DNA of 63,882 nt, counting the filler, from Cercozoa sp. M6MM (taxonomy: Eukaryota; Protista; Endomyxa: Ascetosporea): assembly GCA_040357565.1 (NCBI GenBank). It is 11 parts of 11 records of this genome, joined end to end, with 100 filler letters (N's around TTAATTAATTAA, not from the genome) between each part and the next. Parts side by side here need not be neighbours in the genome. Positions count along the whole stretch, not along the records: positions 6,371 to 13,868 come from JBDODJ010000625.1; positions 13,969 to 19,736 come from JBDODJ010000850.1; positions 19,837 to 22,202 come from JBDODJ010001786.1; positions 22,303 to 46,454 come from JBDODJ010000160.1; 7 more parts are not named here. One strand, written 5' to 3'. The position numbers were made by a program, and so were the translations under genes. Under the pieces are notes generated by a model that saw only the letters and a program-made list of their open reading frames with translations, was not told the DNA's origin and searched no databases. The first letter of the stretch is position 1; each line of letters starts with the position of its first letter. Below, piece by piece: positions 11,327-23,853 of this stretch.

Positions 11327-13868
11327 TGAGCGGCCGTTTGGACGACGCCGCGGACGTGTTTGGTCCGTTGACGGGTTCTACCACGTCTGTGGAAGCTTTT
11401 GTAGATGTCAGTTTTGTCCTTATGTCTCCTTTTCCTTGCTACATCTTTTACTTACCCCTTGCACCTTGCACCTTGCCCCTTGCCCCTTGCCCCTTGCCCT
11501 TGCCCCTTGCCCCTTGCCCCTTGCCCCTTGCCCCTTGCCCCTTGCCCTTGCCCCTTGCCCTTGCCCCTTGCCCCTTGCCCCGTCCTCCCATTTGCCCTTT
11601 TTACCCCCCCCCCCCCGATCGTCCTATCAGGCACTAGAGTCGGCAGAGTCGCTGCACGAGGTGTCGCTGCGATCGGCGCTGCACGGTGTCGTCGTGTGCT
11701 GGGGGCAACTGCTGCGCCGCCGAGTGTCACCGTCAGTGTCAGCGTCAGTGTCACCTTCAGTGTCAGTGAGCGACGGTGAGATCGAGGCGTTTCTCGCACG
11801 TGCCGCACGCTGCGTGATCGCGCGGTGGCAGCAGCGACTGGAGTCACCTGTCGCCGTGGCGCGTGCCATTGTGGCCGTGCTGGGCACGCGCGACGTGCCG
11901 CCGCTCGACCGCGCGGACACCGAGGACGGCGAGGCGCCGCTCTGGGTCACCTCGCGTTTCTCACCCAAAGTGCTCAATCAGCACGTGCCCTACCTGCCGC
12001 GCGGCATTGGTACCTCCGCTTTTTCCGCTTCCCGCTACTGGCCTCCGCGCGGACCGTGTTTTTTTTTTGCTTCCGCGCGGATGGATTTTGCTTCCGCGGG
12101 GATGGATTTTGCTTTCGCGCGGAAGATTTTTTTGTCCGCGTGGATGACTTTTTCATATGTGTGTCCGCGCGGATGTAGACGAATACAGCGGCGACGATGG
12201 GGACGAGTCGAAAGAGTCGGCGACGGTGCAGAAACTGCGCCGACGCGGCGTGAACCTGTATCGGCAAAAACACGCGCGCGCCGCCGCCGACCACTTCTCG
12301 GCGGCATTGGTAGCTTGGCAATAAAAAACAACAAGGAAAACAACAAAAAACAACCAAACCAACAAAAAACAACAAAAAACAACAAAAAAACAACAAAAAG
12401 TGCAGGAGCTGCAGCCGCGCAACGCGCGCGTGCGCAGCAGCCGTGCGCTGGCGCTGCTGGCGCTGGGCCACGTGGACGATGCGCTGCGCGACTGCGACTT
12501 CCTACTGGCCATGTACTATTGTTGTTTTTTCCTGTCCGCGCGGAGGCGGACGAAAACCGTGCGCAGGAATCCGCGCGACAAGAAGGCGGCGCACCTGCGC
12601 GCCATCGCTCTGGGCAAGAAGGCGCAGTTTGCGTAGGTTGTCACGTGTGTCAAGTGTCACGTGTGTCAGTGTCAGTGGTGCGATCAATGTTTGGTACCAC
12701 TTGGCACGTGTGTGTGACTGACAGCGAGGCAGTGGCGACCTTGGCACCATTCGACAGCGACAGTGATGGCGATCAGCGCGGCGTGTCGCAGCGTATTCGA
12801 CAGGCACGTGCGCACATCGAGCAGAGTGAAAAGGTACCACTTGGCACGTGCTCAGTGAGAAGGGTCACTCAGGAGAACCCCCACGTGCCACTCAGGAGAA
12901 ACGCGAGCGAGTGGCGCGGTGTCGCGTGGCACGTGCCCTGCTGCTGGCGTCGCCGCTGCTGACCGACGTGCTGAGCGAGTTGTCGACGCTCGTGCGACGG
13001 TTTACCCCCCCTGTTTACCCCCCTGTTTACCCCCTGTTTACCCCTTGTTTACCCCCCTGAGGCAGTCTGCTGGCGTGTGACGCCAGTGCGGCCAACGACG
13101 GGCCGCTGCGCGCCTTTTTCGAGTGTGGTCACTTTTCGCAGAGCACGTGTGGTCAGCCAGAGTGGTCGGTTTGAGTGATCAGTTTGTGTGGTCACTTAGG
13201 GACGGTTTGGAGGATGATCGACCGCAGAGTGATCTCGAAGTACTCAATACAGAGACTGGTACTTTCTGCACGTGTGTGACTGGCATGCCAATTGATCACG
13301 ACTGATTTCTGAGCACGGTTTCAGCTCTGCGCAACCGAGTGTTTCCCGTGTACACGCTGCTGCTGACACGTGCCGCTGCGACCCTGCTTTCCGACCCTGT
13401 GCTGTTCCGACGGTGGGCACTTTACCCCCCCCCCCCCCATTTTACCCCCATCTTACCCCCCAATAAACTCCATCTTACCCCCCTTTCTGACCCCACATTA
13501 CCCTCCATCTTACCCCCCATCTTACCCCCTATACCCCCCATCTTACCCCCCCCCCCAGGATAGTGACGGAGCACCCGCACTACGTAGTGCCGTCGGTGAT
13601 CAAAGGCGACATGTGTGCCACGGATACACTCGTGGTACACTTTTTACCCCCCATTTTACCCCCATTTTACCCCCTTTACCCCCCTTTTTACCCCCCCTTT
13701 TACCCCCCCCCCCTTTTTACCTCCCCCTTTTACCCCCTTTTTACCTCTCCCTTTTACCCCCCCCCCCCATTTTACCCCCTTTTTACCCCCCCTACCCCCT
13801 TTACCCCTTATACCACCCATTTTACACCCCATTTTACCCCCATTTTACCCCCCATTTTACCCCCCCCC
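11327..13868 (+). CDS. TPR-containing protein, truncated by contig end
   Basis: KLRRRGVNLYRQKHARAAADHFSAAL / QPRNARVRSSRALALLALGHVDDALRDCDFLL / NPRDKKAAHLRAIAL form a typical TPR triplet; introns are filled with simple repeats. Confidence 0.75.
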
Positions 13869-13996
13869 NNNNNNNNNNNNNNNNNNNNNNNNNNNNNNNN
13901 NNNNNNNNNNNNTTAATTAATTAANNNNNNNNNNNNNNNNNNNNNNNNNNNNNNNNNNNNNNNNNNNNTCATGCCCTCTTTGCCCCTCCCTCCAGG

Positions 13997-14847
13997 GCAT
14001 GACCCGACAGCGGCACATCCGTCCGGTGACGGCGGCCAAGATTCCGGACACGCGCATGCGCGATGTGGTCGAGTGCATGACCGAGTGGCGGCCGGAGGAC
14101 CGCTGCAGTATCGAGGTAGGCTTCTTCTTTACCCCTCCAATATACCCCTCTTTACCTCCCTCTTTACCCCTCCTCTTTACCCCCCGGGGGGCCCGGGCTA
14201 TGGCCCCGCTTTGCCCCCCCCCATTATACCCCTCTATACCCCCTTTACCTCTCTCTTTACACCCCTCTGTACCCCCTCAATACCCCTCGTCTTTACCCCC
14301 GTCTATACCCCCTCAATACCCCTCGAACAGGAGGTGATCGTGCGACTGGAACACATCCTGGGCATCTTTGGCACCAGTATGCACTATGCCAAGGACAGTC
14401 ACTACTTCAGTCGACTGCTGCGACGACACGTGCCTGACGGAGACGACGCTGAGAACGCTGCCGTCGACGTTGACGCCATTGCGCCGCCTCGTATGCTTTT
14501 ACCCCCTGACCCCCTTTTTACCCCCTACCCCTACTCGTCGCAGTGATCAGTACGGCCAAGAGCGTCGACGCTGCGACGCAGACCAAGGTAGTTTTCAGCT
14601 GTTACTGTCTTCTTGACCTATAACCCTATACCCCTTTACCCCTTTACCCCTTTACCCCTTTACCCCTTTGACCCTTGATCCCTTTGACCCCTTTGGCCCC
14701 TTTGACCCTGTACCCCCCCCAGAAACACAAGCGTCGCAGCAGTCGCAACGTCGCCAAATCCGCCGCGAACTGAAACGACTCGTTCCAGAAACAACGACCG
14801 AACTTAGTGCACAACTTGTCGACATATTGTTATGCAACTCAAACTGA
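13997..14847 (+). CDS. Protein kinase C-terminal exons (subdomain XI and tail), partial
   Basis: RPVTAAKIPDTRMRDVVECMTEWRPEDRCSIE|EVIVRLEHIL resembles kinase subdomains X-XI. Confidence 0.6.
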
Positions 14848-15027
14848 ACATCACGGAACATGAGCTTAGATTAGTGTCCTGCACTTAAATTACATACGGC
14901 TAACCAGTTTAATGGCTTATACGCGATATGATCGACTCTTGGGCAAGTCACAAAAAATATGAAACCCCCCGAACCTTGAAGTTTAGAGGCTGACGCGTCG
15001 GCACACGTGTGCCAACAGAACATAGAG

Positions 15028-16374
15028 ATGATTGCGCGCAGTTTCAAGGTGATTCAGCGAGTGCGGCAGTCGCGAATGGCGGGCCATTCGCACTGGCAGA
15101 ACATTCAGCACAAGAAGAAGGCCAACGATGTAATCGTAGAGCGCTTCGAATCCACCAAAAGCACAACAATCGAACAATGCACAGGCCAAGAAGAGCGCCG
15201 CGCGGGAACAACTGATGCGGCCGCTGGTGTCTGCCATCGCACGTCTGCCAGTGAGAGCTGTCACAACATATGTGTACCTCTCACCCCGACTGGTTCGGTC
15301 GTGTAGCGACAAGGCGGTGCAGACCCCGAGACGAATGTTCCGTTGAGTCTCGCCATCAAGGAGGCCGTGCGTGGTGGCGTCGTACCGTTGCCTTATGTCT
15401 AGTCTCCCCTTACTCTGTGCCCTTCCGTACCCCCTGCCTTGTCCAACCAATTGACACCGACAGCCGAAAAAGAACGTGGAGCGCGCCTTGCAGCGAGCGG
15501 CCGATGCCATCCAGAACAGTCGCGACTACAACTTCGAACTGCGCGCGCCCAACAGTGTGCTGCTGCGCCTGGAGTTCTTCACGCCCAACCAACCGCGCAC
15601 CTTTTCCGATATCATGGTGCTGTGCCTCTTCTTGCACTCTACCGGAAGCAAATATTGGCAATTTCTGTTGCAGGCGGCCATCAAGAAACTGGATGGCGTG
15701 GAGGAAACCAAGGCCGCGTTCGCCTTTGATCACGTCGGCGTTTTCGTCTTCTCGTCCGAGGACGTCGGTAGCCTGCGTTTGTGTGTTTGCGTTGGCAGTG
15801 TTGCATGTGGGGGCATTGGGCAGAACTGGAGACAGTGGAGGAAGTCGCGATCGATTCCGGTGCTGAGGATGTGTTTGAGGTGCCGTTTCCTTGTGTGTGT
15901 GTATGCCCTGCCCTCGCTGACAAAGCTGACTTTTTATTGACAGGAGGACGGCGACATTGTGGTCCAGTGTGCGGTACACTTTTCTTTTGGCATTTGTGCG
16001 CACACTGTTTGACCATCGTCGTTGTTTTTGAATCGTAGGCCGACGACTTCTACCCGCTGCAGCAAGCTCTTGTCGACGCCAATTTGGCGTGGTATGCGTC
16101 GCTCTTCTCCAACGCACGCACTCACTTCAGTTGTATTGCTGTGTCTTTCAGGCGAAGTGCCGAGACGACCTGGCTCCCACAAGAGGTAGCTCTATGCTAT
16201 GTGTCGTTCGTTGTTGCTGTTGCTGTGGTTGTTGTGCATACGTGTGGGCTCGCGCAGGCGCACCAGACGTCGCTGGAGACGCAAGAGCAGCGCGACGACT
16301 TTGAGCGAATCATCGAGCGACTCGACCAGATCGAATACCTCGAGAACATTCACCACAACGTCGCGCCGTATTAA
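15028..16374 (+). CDS. TACO1: YebC/TACO1 family protein with mitochondrial-type presequence
   Basis: MIARSFKVIQRVRQSR-MAGHSHWQNIQHKKKAND, GGADPETNVPL, PKKNVERAL, VAIDSGAEDV, LDQIEYLENIHHNV*. Confidence 0.92.
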
Positions 16375-16859
16375 ATTGAATCCAATACGATATATGTACT
16401 GTGTACGTATAGCAGAGTATACGTATCGGCACAATAGTCCGTACATCCGTCGTTGACGCACCAGACAGTATGCGCTACAGTACTGGAAGTGTCTACGTAC
16501 TACCACCTGCGCTGTACCAACCTGGAGGAAGGAAGAGTCCTGGGAACTTCTGCGCAAAACTGAAAGAGTATAGCCAAATCCGACACGGGCGGAGAACTAC
16601 TGTATGTTCCTGCGCTTACGACCCACCCAGGACTGGTGTCGCGGAACGACATAGTTGGTTTCTAGTACGAACTAATTGTATGTGGAAATACTGTACACTA
16701 GATTAGATTTCACGGATCAGTTTGCTACGCTACGCAGCTACTGCGCTGGTTTTACATTGTGCAGTCGACCGGTCGACTACATTTACGGGCAGTACACGCG
16801 GCTGCAGTACCGAGTGTACTGTACTGTACAACTGCTGTCCCGAAAAAGACCGCGCTTCA

Positions 16860-18071
16860 GTCAGACCGAGCGAGAAGTGTCCAATTGCAAAGCGCGATCA
16901 TCCAGTGTCTCTCGAAAGCGAACCTGCCAGAACAATCGTACATGTGCCCCACGGTAAACTACGAAAAAGCCTGGTAAACCTGCTTGTTTGCAGTCGCAAA
17001 AAGGTTCGAGGCTTTCGCTTCATCAGAGGCAAACACGAGAGACGCCAGTCGATGCAGTCGCTGTGCGTACTCGTGGGTTTGCTGAGCTAGCTCTTTCAGT
17101 GCTTTGGAGTTGTCTTCGGCGCTTGTTGCCGGCAGGGAACCTGCTCAGACAATAAAACACTGGATATTCCAAGTTTCCAACTTGCAGTTTATTGAATCAA
17201 AGGTTAGTTTAATGTTAATGTGTGATCATACTGCGACGAGGCGCGAAGTTTCGAGTCGGTTTCATAAAGCTCGGCATCTGCAAAAGAGTCAAGCAATATC
17301 ATGATTGCACAACGACCAAAAATGTCATTGCTTTGGGATAAGTTAGAGCAGACAGAAGTATCCGAGTTGCGTCTTCTCCATTGGTGTCGCGCGTCGGAGA
17401 TGAGTGCCTTTTGCAGCACCTATAACCCAATGTTAGTGCATCATTGCGCAACCGTATATTTAGAACAAAACACCTTTGATATGCGCGTATCTAATCGGTC
17501 CAAATCTGTCATCATCGACAGAATTTCTTCCGGCACTTCGGCCCCCATTTTCTTCTGTCCCACATGAAAGTAGTTTGTTGTTTACTAACATACCAAAGAT
17601 TTATTCGCACAGTAGGCTACAAGAATGGAGATGGGCGCTTTGTCATATTGCACTTTCAGCGGGCACGGTATGCGAGGCTGTGACAATTTGAGAAACTGAA
17701 CACCCGGTTCTGTTCTTTACTGTGTCGGATACTGTACAGCAGGTTGACGTCTCAAAGTAGCACGCCCACTCGCCAGCGTCTGAGCTCGACTCTCGCGCTT
17801 GTCGCAATCGCTGAGACAAGAGCAGAAACCACAGTCAACTTTGCTGACAAACCTGCAACGCAAACTGTAAACTACTGACAGTACAGCTGGAATCCGTGTA
17901 ATTCTGCAAGTGTCTCATACACTAGAAGCACTCAAAATTATTCATATACAAGCTCAACAAAGTAAATTTACTTGCAGCGGATGCGTTAACATCTTTCTTG
18001 TCGGGCGTGGCAGTAGCAACGACGAAGGCAAAGGCCAAGGCAAGCAGCACGAAACTGCTGACGAGAGCCAT
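16860..18071 (-). CDS. Putative secreted protein of unknown function
   Basis: Signal peptide MALVSSFVLLALAFAFVVATA followed by a GT donor and several exon-like blocks; downstream exon structure and stop uncertain. Confidence 0.45.
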
Positions 18072-18460
18072 CGCGCTTTTCGGTATGCGACCCAACGCCC
18101 GCAACGGTCCCCTATCAACCTGCGAGAACACTGACTCTCTATGGCATGTGTGCGGCATGACTTCGCTTTATCCGCCATCAGCCACAGGCAATCAATTGGT
18201 CACGTCCTGGCACCTCATGATCGTGCACGTAGCATTCAATCCGCGAGGATGCAGACGAAAACACACTGCGCTCATACGTGCTCAACCTTGTGGTGATTGG
18301 GTGAACTCGTTTAACTGCAAGGTGACGTGTGCCTGGTGTGCTGGTGCAGTGAGTTATTTGAGTTCGTTTTGTGATTTCTCGAGACCTCCCTTTTCATCAT
18401 TTGTTTTGCAAAGATCGCGTTGCTGGGGACACTGAGTTATTTGAATTTTGATTTACCGCC

Positions 18461-19129
18461 ATGTCAGAGTCCCGTGCTGTGCAGTGGTACCGCACTTATG
18501 TCCAGCACTGTCAATTGCTCTCACAGCACAACTTTTTACAATTTACCCTGATTGCTGGCTGGGCAGTAAAGCGGATTTTGAAGCGTATTTGCAAAGATCT
18601 GGAGTCATAGGTGCGCCCTGTACTCGCCATGCCCCTGCTTAACGAATTTACTCTGCTATGGCCACAGATGCATTGACACGGTCGCTTTGCACGCTGTATC
18701 AGTGCGAAGACAGGCAGTCTCAGTCGGCCATGGATCTCCTACGTGTAAGTTTGTCCACTGTTTGTCGCTCGACGCTGGGCTAATTCAGGTAAACTTATGA
18801 ACAGGAGCAACTCAGTGCAACACCTGAACACCTTTCGACAGAGCTGTCGCGTCTGCGGAAGGAAAACGAAAAGCTCAAACAAGAGGTTGCCAGGGTACTG
18901 TAAATTTAGTTTTTCCCTTTCTGCCAACGTTTTAATTGACGAATGCCGACTTGTTGTGGTCCTTTCTGATGCCTGCGTTTAGCTGCAAGAACAACTCGGC
19001 GAAATATCGGCTGACTCTCTGCAAGAAGCGCGAGCAGCGACGTCTGGTCACCTTGGTGAACGAGAAGACTACGTCGACTCAGCGTCGCTGCAAAACGAAG
19101 ACACAGACTCAACTAAGGCAGAAGCCTAG
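18461..19129 (+). CDS. MYCBP: c-Myc-binding protein (MYCBP/AMY-1) homologue
   Basis: Spliced MSESRAVQCKADFEAYLQRSGVIDALTRSLCTLYQ...SAMDLLREQL...RLRKENEKLKQEVARL matches the family pattern FRRYLEKSGVLDTLTKVLVALYE. Confidence 0.85.
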
Positions 19130-19138
19130 TTACGTATG

Positions 19139-19617
19139 TGTTACTGCGGCTCAATGGCCCAATCAGTAAGGGAAAGGAGAGACTAAATAAATCATTCAAT
19201 TAGATAAGTCGTCACTCAGTTGAGTCAACGTTAGAACTGTAGGTGAAATACCCCTACTGGGTCTCGAAGTGATCCACTGGATCTCGACCGAAGGCAGACG
19301 TCCTTGGTCGTAACAATGCGTTTATGGAAGAAAAACTCCGCCTGTGAACACACGACGAAGTGAGTGGAATGGAAACCAGCCAATGAGCTAACTGACCAGG
19401 CTGAAGCCGTGACGGAGCTTTCTGCTTCTCTGCAAGGACTCTGTCCAGGCAAGATCTACAGCAACAGCAATCCACTGAGTCAGTAGTTAGGTCTCAGAGC
19501 AAGGTACCAATCCAAAACACTCTTAAACTTCTTCCTTTCTCAAACTTGCTTGAGACATAGGTTATGACCTCCACGCGGACGGGTCAGAGCAATGATTGCT
19601 GAAAATGTGCAGTAACA
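19139..19617. mobile_element. Solo-LTR-like element, copy 1 (479 bp)
   Basis: Ends TGTTACTGC...GCAGTAACA (TG..CA, 9-bp inverted repeat), flanked by a perfect 4-bp direct repeat TATG; homologous to 42766-43182. Confidence 0.85.
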
Positions 19618-19837
19618 TATGGCGCTGTAATTTGTATGGTATGCAATTGTGAGTACAGTCAAGTACTGTACAGTACGTATAGATACGGTATCAAACGGAT
19701 AGTACGTGCTGCGCTGTGATTTTCTGTCCAGTCCTTNNNNNNNNNNNNNNNNNNNNNNNNNNNNNNNNNNNNNNNNNNNNTTAATTAATTAANNNNNNNN
19801 NNNNNNNNNNNNNNNNNNNNNNNNNNNNNNNNNNNNT

Positions 19838-19896
<59 letters not shown>

Positions 19897-19941
19897 GTTT
19901 GGATAAAATCCTGCCAGAGAAGCCGATGCACCCGTGCGTAG

Positions 19942-21566
19942 GTACCCTGACTACGATACCGACGCACACTAGCACGCCCACTGGTGCATACTTCTTGCGT
20001 ATACCCTTGGAATGTCTGAGTTGACTCTCGATATAGGTTTTCATGTGCAGGCACGCCAACATCAACTGAGTCAGCCACCAGCACCCCTTCGGGTATTATA
20101 ATTTAATTTTTGGGCATGACCTTACGTCTTCTGATCTCAGGTACACCGACGTTTACGCCGACGCCAAGTCGTACCTCATTCAAGAATGACACACATGTGT
20201 CAAAATGTTCTTTTAAGACTAATTTGTTTCATGCGACTCTTGCTGGCAGCAACAGTGACTGGTAGGCTTCGTGTATCTTTGAAGTGTGTTTGTTGTCACG
20301 TTGTGCTAACGTTTAGCTTCAGGGTCTCCTACTCCGACACCGTCGCCTACGTGTAGCATCAAATAAACTTGCATGACCTTCAGCAAAATGCGAGAGTGGT
20401 TGATCAGCAACGTCGACTGCCAGCAGCACTCCCTCGCGTATCCAAGTTTTCGTCTCAGTACAACATACACATCAATACTCGAATGCTTGAATGTGAGAGC
20501 AGCATCACCGACGTCGACTGCGACGTCTTCGCCGACAGAGAGCTCCACAGGTTCGCGCACAACAGCACCATCAAGTATGTTATCCAGTTGAGTGTCTGCA
20601 ACTTTGAGTATAGGTACGCTGACTACGATACCGACGCACACCAGCACAGTCACAGGTGCTTCATCTGTGACTCTTGACTGGTCAATAACTACTTTTCTGT
20701 GCAGCAACACCGACGTCGACACAGACTGCAACTCCTACAGGTACCTGATTTCGCCTCGATATGCACAAGCTAATTTACTCAATCATGTTTGCGAAGTCAC
20801 GGGTACCTCCACGCCGACTCCGTCGGGTACCTTTTTTTTTGGTATAGCTTGTCCGTTATGACGACCGGACATTGAACCCGGGCAGGCACTCCGACACAAA
20901 CTTCTACTCCGTCGCAGACTCGTACACCGACATCGATAAACCTTTTGTGCATTTGGGTGATGGTAATGTGTGATGCACAGCCACAGCGACACCTACGCCG
21001 ACCGGTTCAAACACAGGTTCGATAGGTCACAAAGGAGTTGAATAAATTTACAAGATGTGGAAAGTTTGTGATGCAAAGGGACTCCTACAAGTACTCCAAC
21101 CGGCACGACGACTGGTACTCCAACAAGTACTCCAACCGGCACGGCGACTGGTACTCCAACAAGTACTCCAACCTGCACGACGACAGGCACTCCGACTCCG
21201 ACCGGTCAAACTGAACTTTATAAATATACCGGTACCTTTCTGTTTGCTTAGCCACGACAACAGGGTCAACAACCAGCACAGGCACTCCTACTGGTACACG
21301 TCGCACCGTCTGTTTGAAAACACCGATCCACACTACCTACAGGAACACCAACGCAAACACCGACGCCAACACAAACGCCAACACAAACACCTACAACTAC
21401 AGGTATATAATGTGACTCGTCCGTTACTTGCATGCTATGCGTCACTCAAATGTACACTGAAAAAGGAACTACGACTTCCACGGGCACTGCTTCTGCCACT
21501 CCGACCGACACGCCGTCTCCGACTCCAACAGGAACAAACACACCAACCCCGAATCTTCTGCCATGA
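19942..21566 (+). CDS. Micro-exon gene encoding a Thr/Ser/Pro-rich (X-T)n mucin-like region; 5' part missing
   Basis: 16 exons with AG/GT borders, all phase 1, translating GTLTTIPTHTSTPT|GTPTSTESATSTPS|GTPTFTPTPS|PTVT|...PTPNLLP*. Confidence 0.85.
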
Positions 21567-21816
21567 TAGTGAGATGCCGCGACCGATCATTTTCCTTCAG
21601 CAATGGTCTGGTCGGGTTGAGTGGATATAATTCGATTACTTTCGTTTTAATTGAATGTAAAAACTGCAGCTAAACGATAGCAAGCGTCCCGTAGGCAGAC
21701 GGACTCGCCATCATCGCATACGCGGCGCAGGCGACTAAGAGCCGCTCTCGCTCAGCAGCGTCGAATGCTCATCGTGAACATTCGAGTCCGACTGAGCCTC
21801 CAAGTCTACCAAAACA

Positions 21817-22108
21817 TCATTCAGTTTGAGACACTGACAGATCCTGCAGGTGACGAACAAAGCACGTACCGACATAATGTGTCTGTGCTCGCATTTCAAC
21901 GGAACGTTGTGCATTAACGTCGACTTGACCCTGGTTTTCTTGTCGCTGATGGGTCGGGTGCATGCTGAAAGATGACTGTCGCGTGATGGGCGGCAGTTTA
22001 AACTCAAAGCCCGTTCCGACCAGAGGGTTCCGCGAGGAGTCGTGGAACTGCATCGGAAGAAGCCACTGCCACCAGTGCTGACCAAAGACTGCGCGAAAAT
22101 TCGCACCT
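21817..22108 (-). CDS. Terminal exons of an unknown gene
   Basis: Exon-like blocks with GT-AG borders next to the contig end; frame and stop uncertain. Confidence 0.3.
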
Positions 22109-22132
22109 GCGGCCACAGCACAGACAATAAAA

Positions 22133-22202
<70 letters not shown>

Positions 22203-22302
22203 NNNNNNNNNNNNNNNNNNNNNNNNNNNNNNNNNNNNNNNNNNNNTTAATTAATTAANNNNNNNNNNNNNNNNNNNNNNNNNNNNNNNNNNNNNNNNNN
22301 NN

Positions 22303-22350
<48 letters not shown>

Positions 22351-22381
22351 GACACACAGCAGGGAGTAGGGTAGGGTGGTA

Positions 22382-22842
22382 CCTCCATGCGTGCGCGCAC
22401 TTCGTCCGGCTCGCCGAGAATTGAGGTTCTCTGCGTATCGATCGACGTCAGTACCTAGATAACATTTCACAAGACTCATTGTGTATTGATACATACAAGA
22501 GACACACCAACATAGAAAAGCGAGAGTGGAGAGGGTACCTGGTACGGGGCGTGCTGCGGGTCCAGCGGGCTGCGGAACAACACGATGTTCTCCATAAGCT
22601 TGACATCGATGTCCTCCTCGTCGTACTCCGGGTTTTCCTCGTCCTCTTGCTCGTTAATGAGCGCCATTCGCAGCGTCTCGTACGCCTCATCGGCCGCTTC
22701 CTGTTTGGCATGTCGTATCACTGTCTCACCCAACAAAAACACAGACACAATACCTTCTCAGCAAAGTACTTGTTGGCGGCATCACGCATGCTTCTGGCCT
22801 GCTCATACCCCACACATTATACGTATACACATAAACTACGAA

Positions 22843-22884
<42 letters not shown>

Positions 22885-23700
22885 GACAGCTACCGTCTCG
22901 AGCATCTCGGGCTTGAGCGAGATACGCGCGTACTTGCTGGTCGTGAGCGAGGTACGGCGCACCGGGTTGTGCGCGTAGTTGATGCGCACGAGGCCGACCT
23001 TGCGCAGGCGGCGCACGGCGCGCTTGAAGTCCTTGGTACCGCGGAAGATGCCGAACGGCTTCATGAGCTCATAGAGCGACCTGTAGGTCGGCAGCGGCGC
23101 CTCGTCCTCGGCCAGGTGCAGCAGCACTCGCAGCAGGATCTCGGTCGGCCGCTCGAACGGCGCATCCGTGTAGGTGGCGCGCGGCGCGAGCTCCCATTTG
23201 TACTTCCACTTCGCCGGGTCAGGATGGTGCGTCTCCGGCTCCGTGTGTCCCGTCTCCTTCGGCGAGTACTCCGAGTAGCCGAAGCGCGCCTTGTGCTTGC
23301 GTCGGATGCGCACCGGCAGTCGCTCCAGTCTGTCGAGCGCCTGCTCTCATTGACACCGCGCAAATGCATACTCCTTCGCAGGCCAGACAAACAGAGCAGG
23401 TACATCAATTTGGTTGTTCGTGGTGTTTGAACCGTCGACCGTCAGCGGCACCCTGACAAGACGCAAAAACGGCACAATCGCATCCAAACAAACCTGATCG
23501 TCACACAAAATCCAATCGATTGAGGCCTACCAATTATCCTTCAGATTGAAACGCAATCTTGCGCGCGCGATTCGGTGCAACTTCTTGCGCGTCTTTGCAC
23601 GGAGATCCTCCGGCATCTGAATCAGCGCCATGCTGCGTGTCTGATTGGCACAAGCCATCCGCGCCAACTTGGCGCGCGAACCGGCGCCACTGGCGAGCAT
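22382..23700 (-). CDS. Uncharacterised protein with probable mitochondrial presequence, truncated at contig end
   Basis: MLASGAGSRAKLARMACANQTRSM- (basic, ends in R-S-M); strongly codon-biased exons (...LYELMKPFGIFRGTKDFKRAVRRLRKVGLV...). Confidence 0.6.
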
Positions 23701-23853
23701 TGGCGTTGTTTACACGCGTGGAAACGCACACAGCACCAGTGCACAACACAGGGCTGTCTCCGCGCTCCGGCTCAAAAGAGCCAGGGCGTCCAAACAGTGG
23801 TGAAGGACAGTGCCTTAGGCTGCTCTGACAATTTGGTTTTAGGGGCAAGTCGT

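Noticed and set aside
13415-13868. TTTACCCC/GGGGTAAA arrays as telomeres
   Set aside because: Irregular, intronic and not a permutation of TTAGGG-type repeats; contig ends here reflect assembly breaks.
11327-14847. TPR-kinase fusion (and likewise an RGS-kinase fusion at 59168-61032)
   Set aside because: The halves lie on different contigs joined by artificial spacers.
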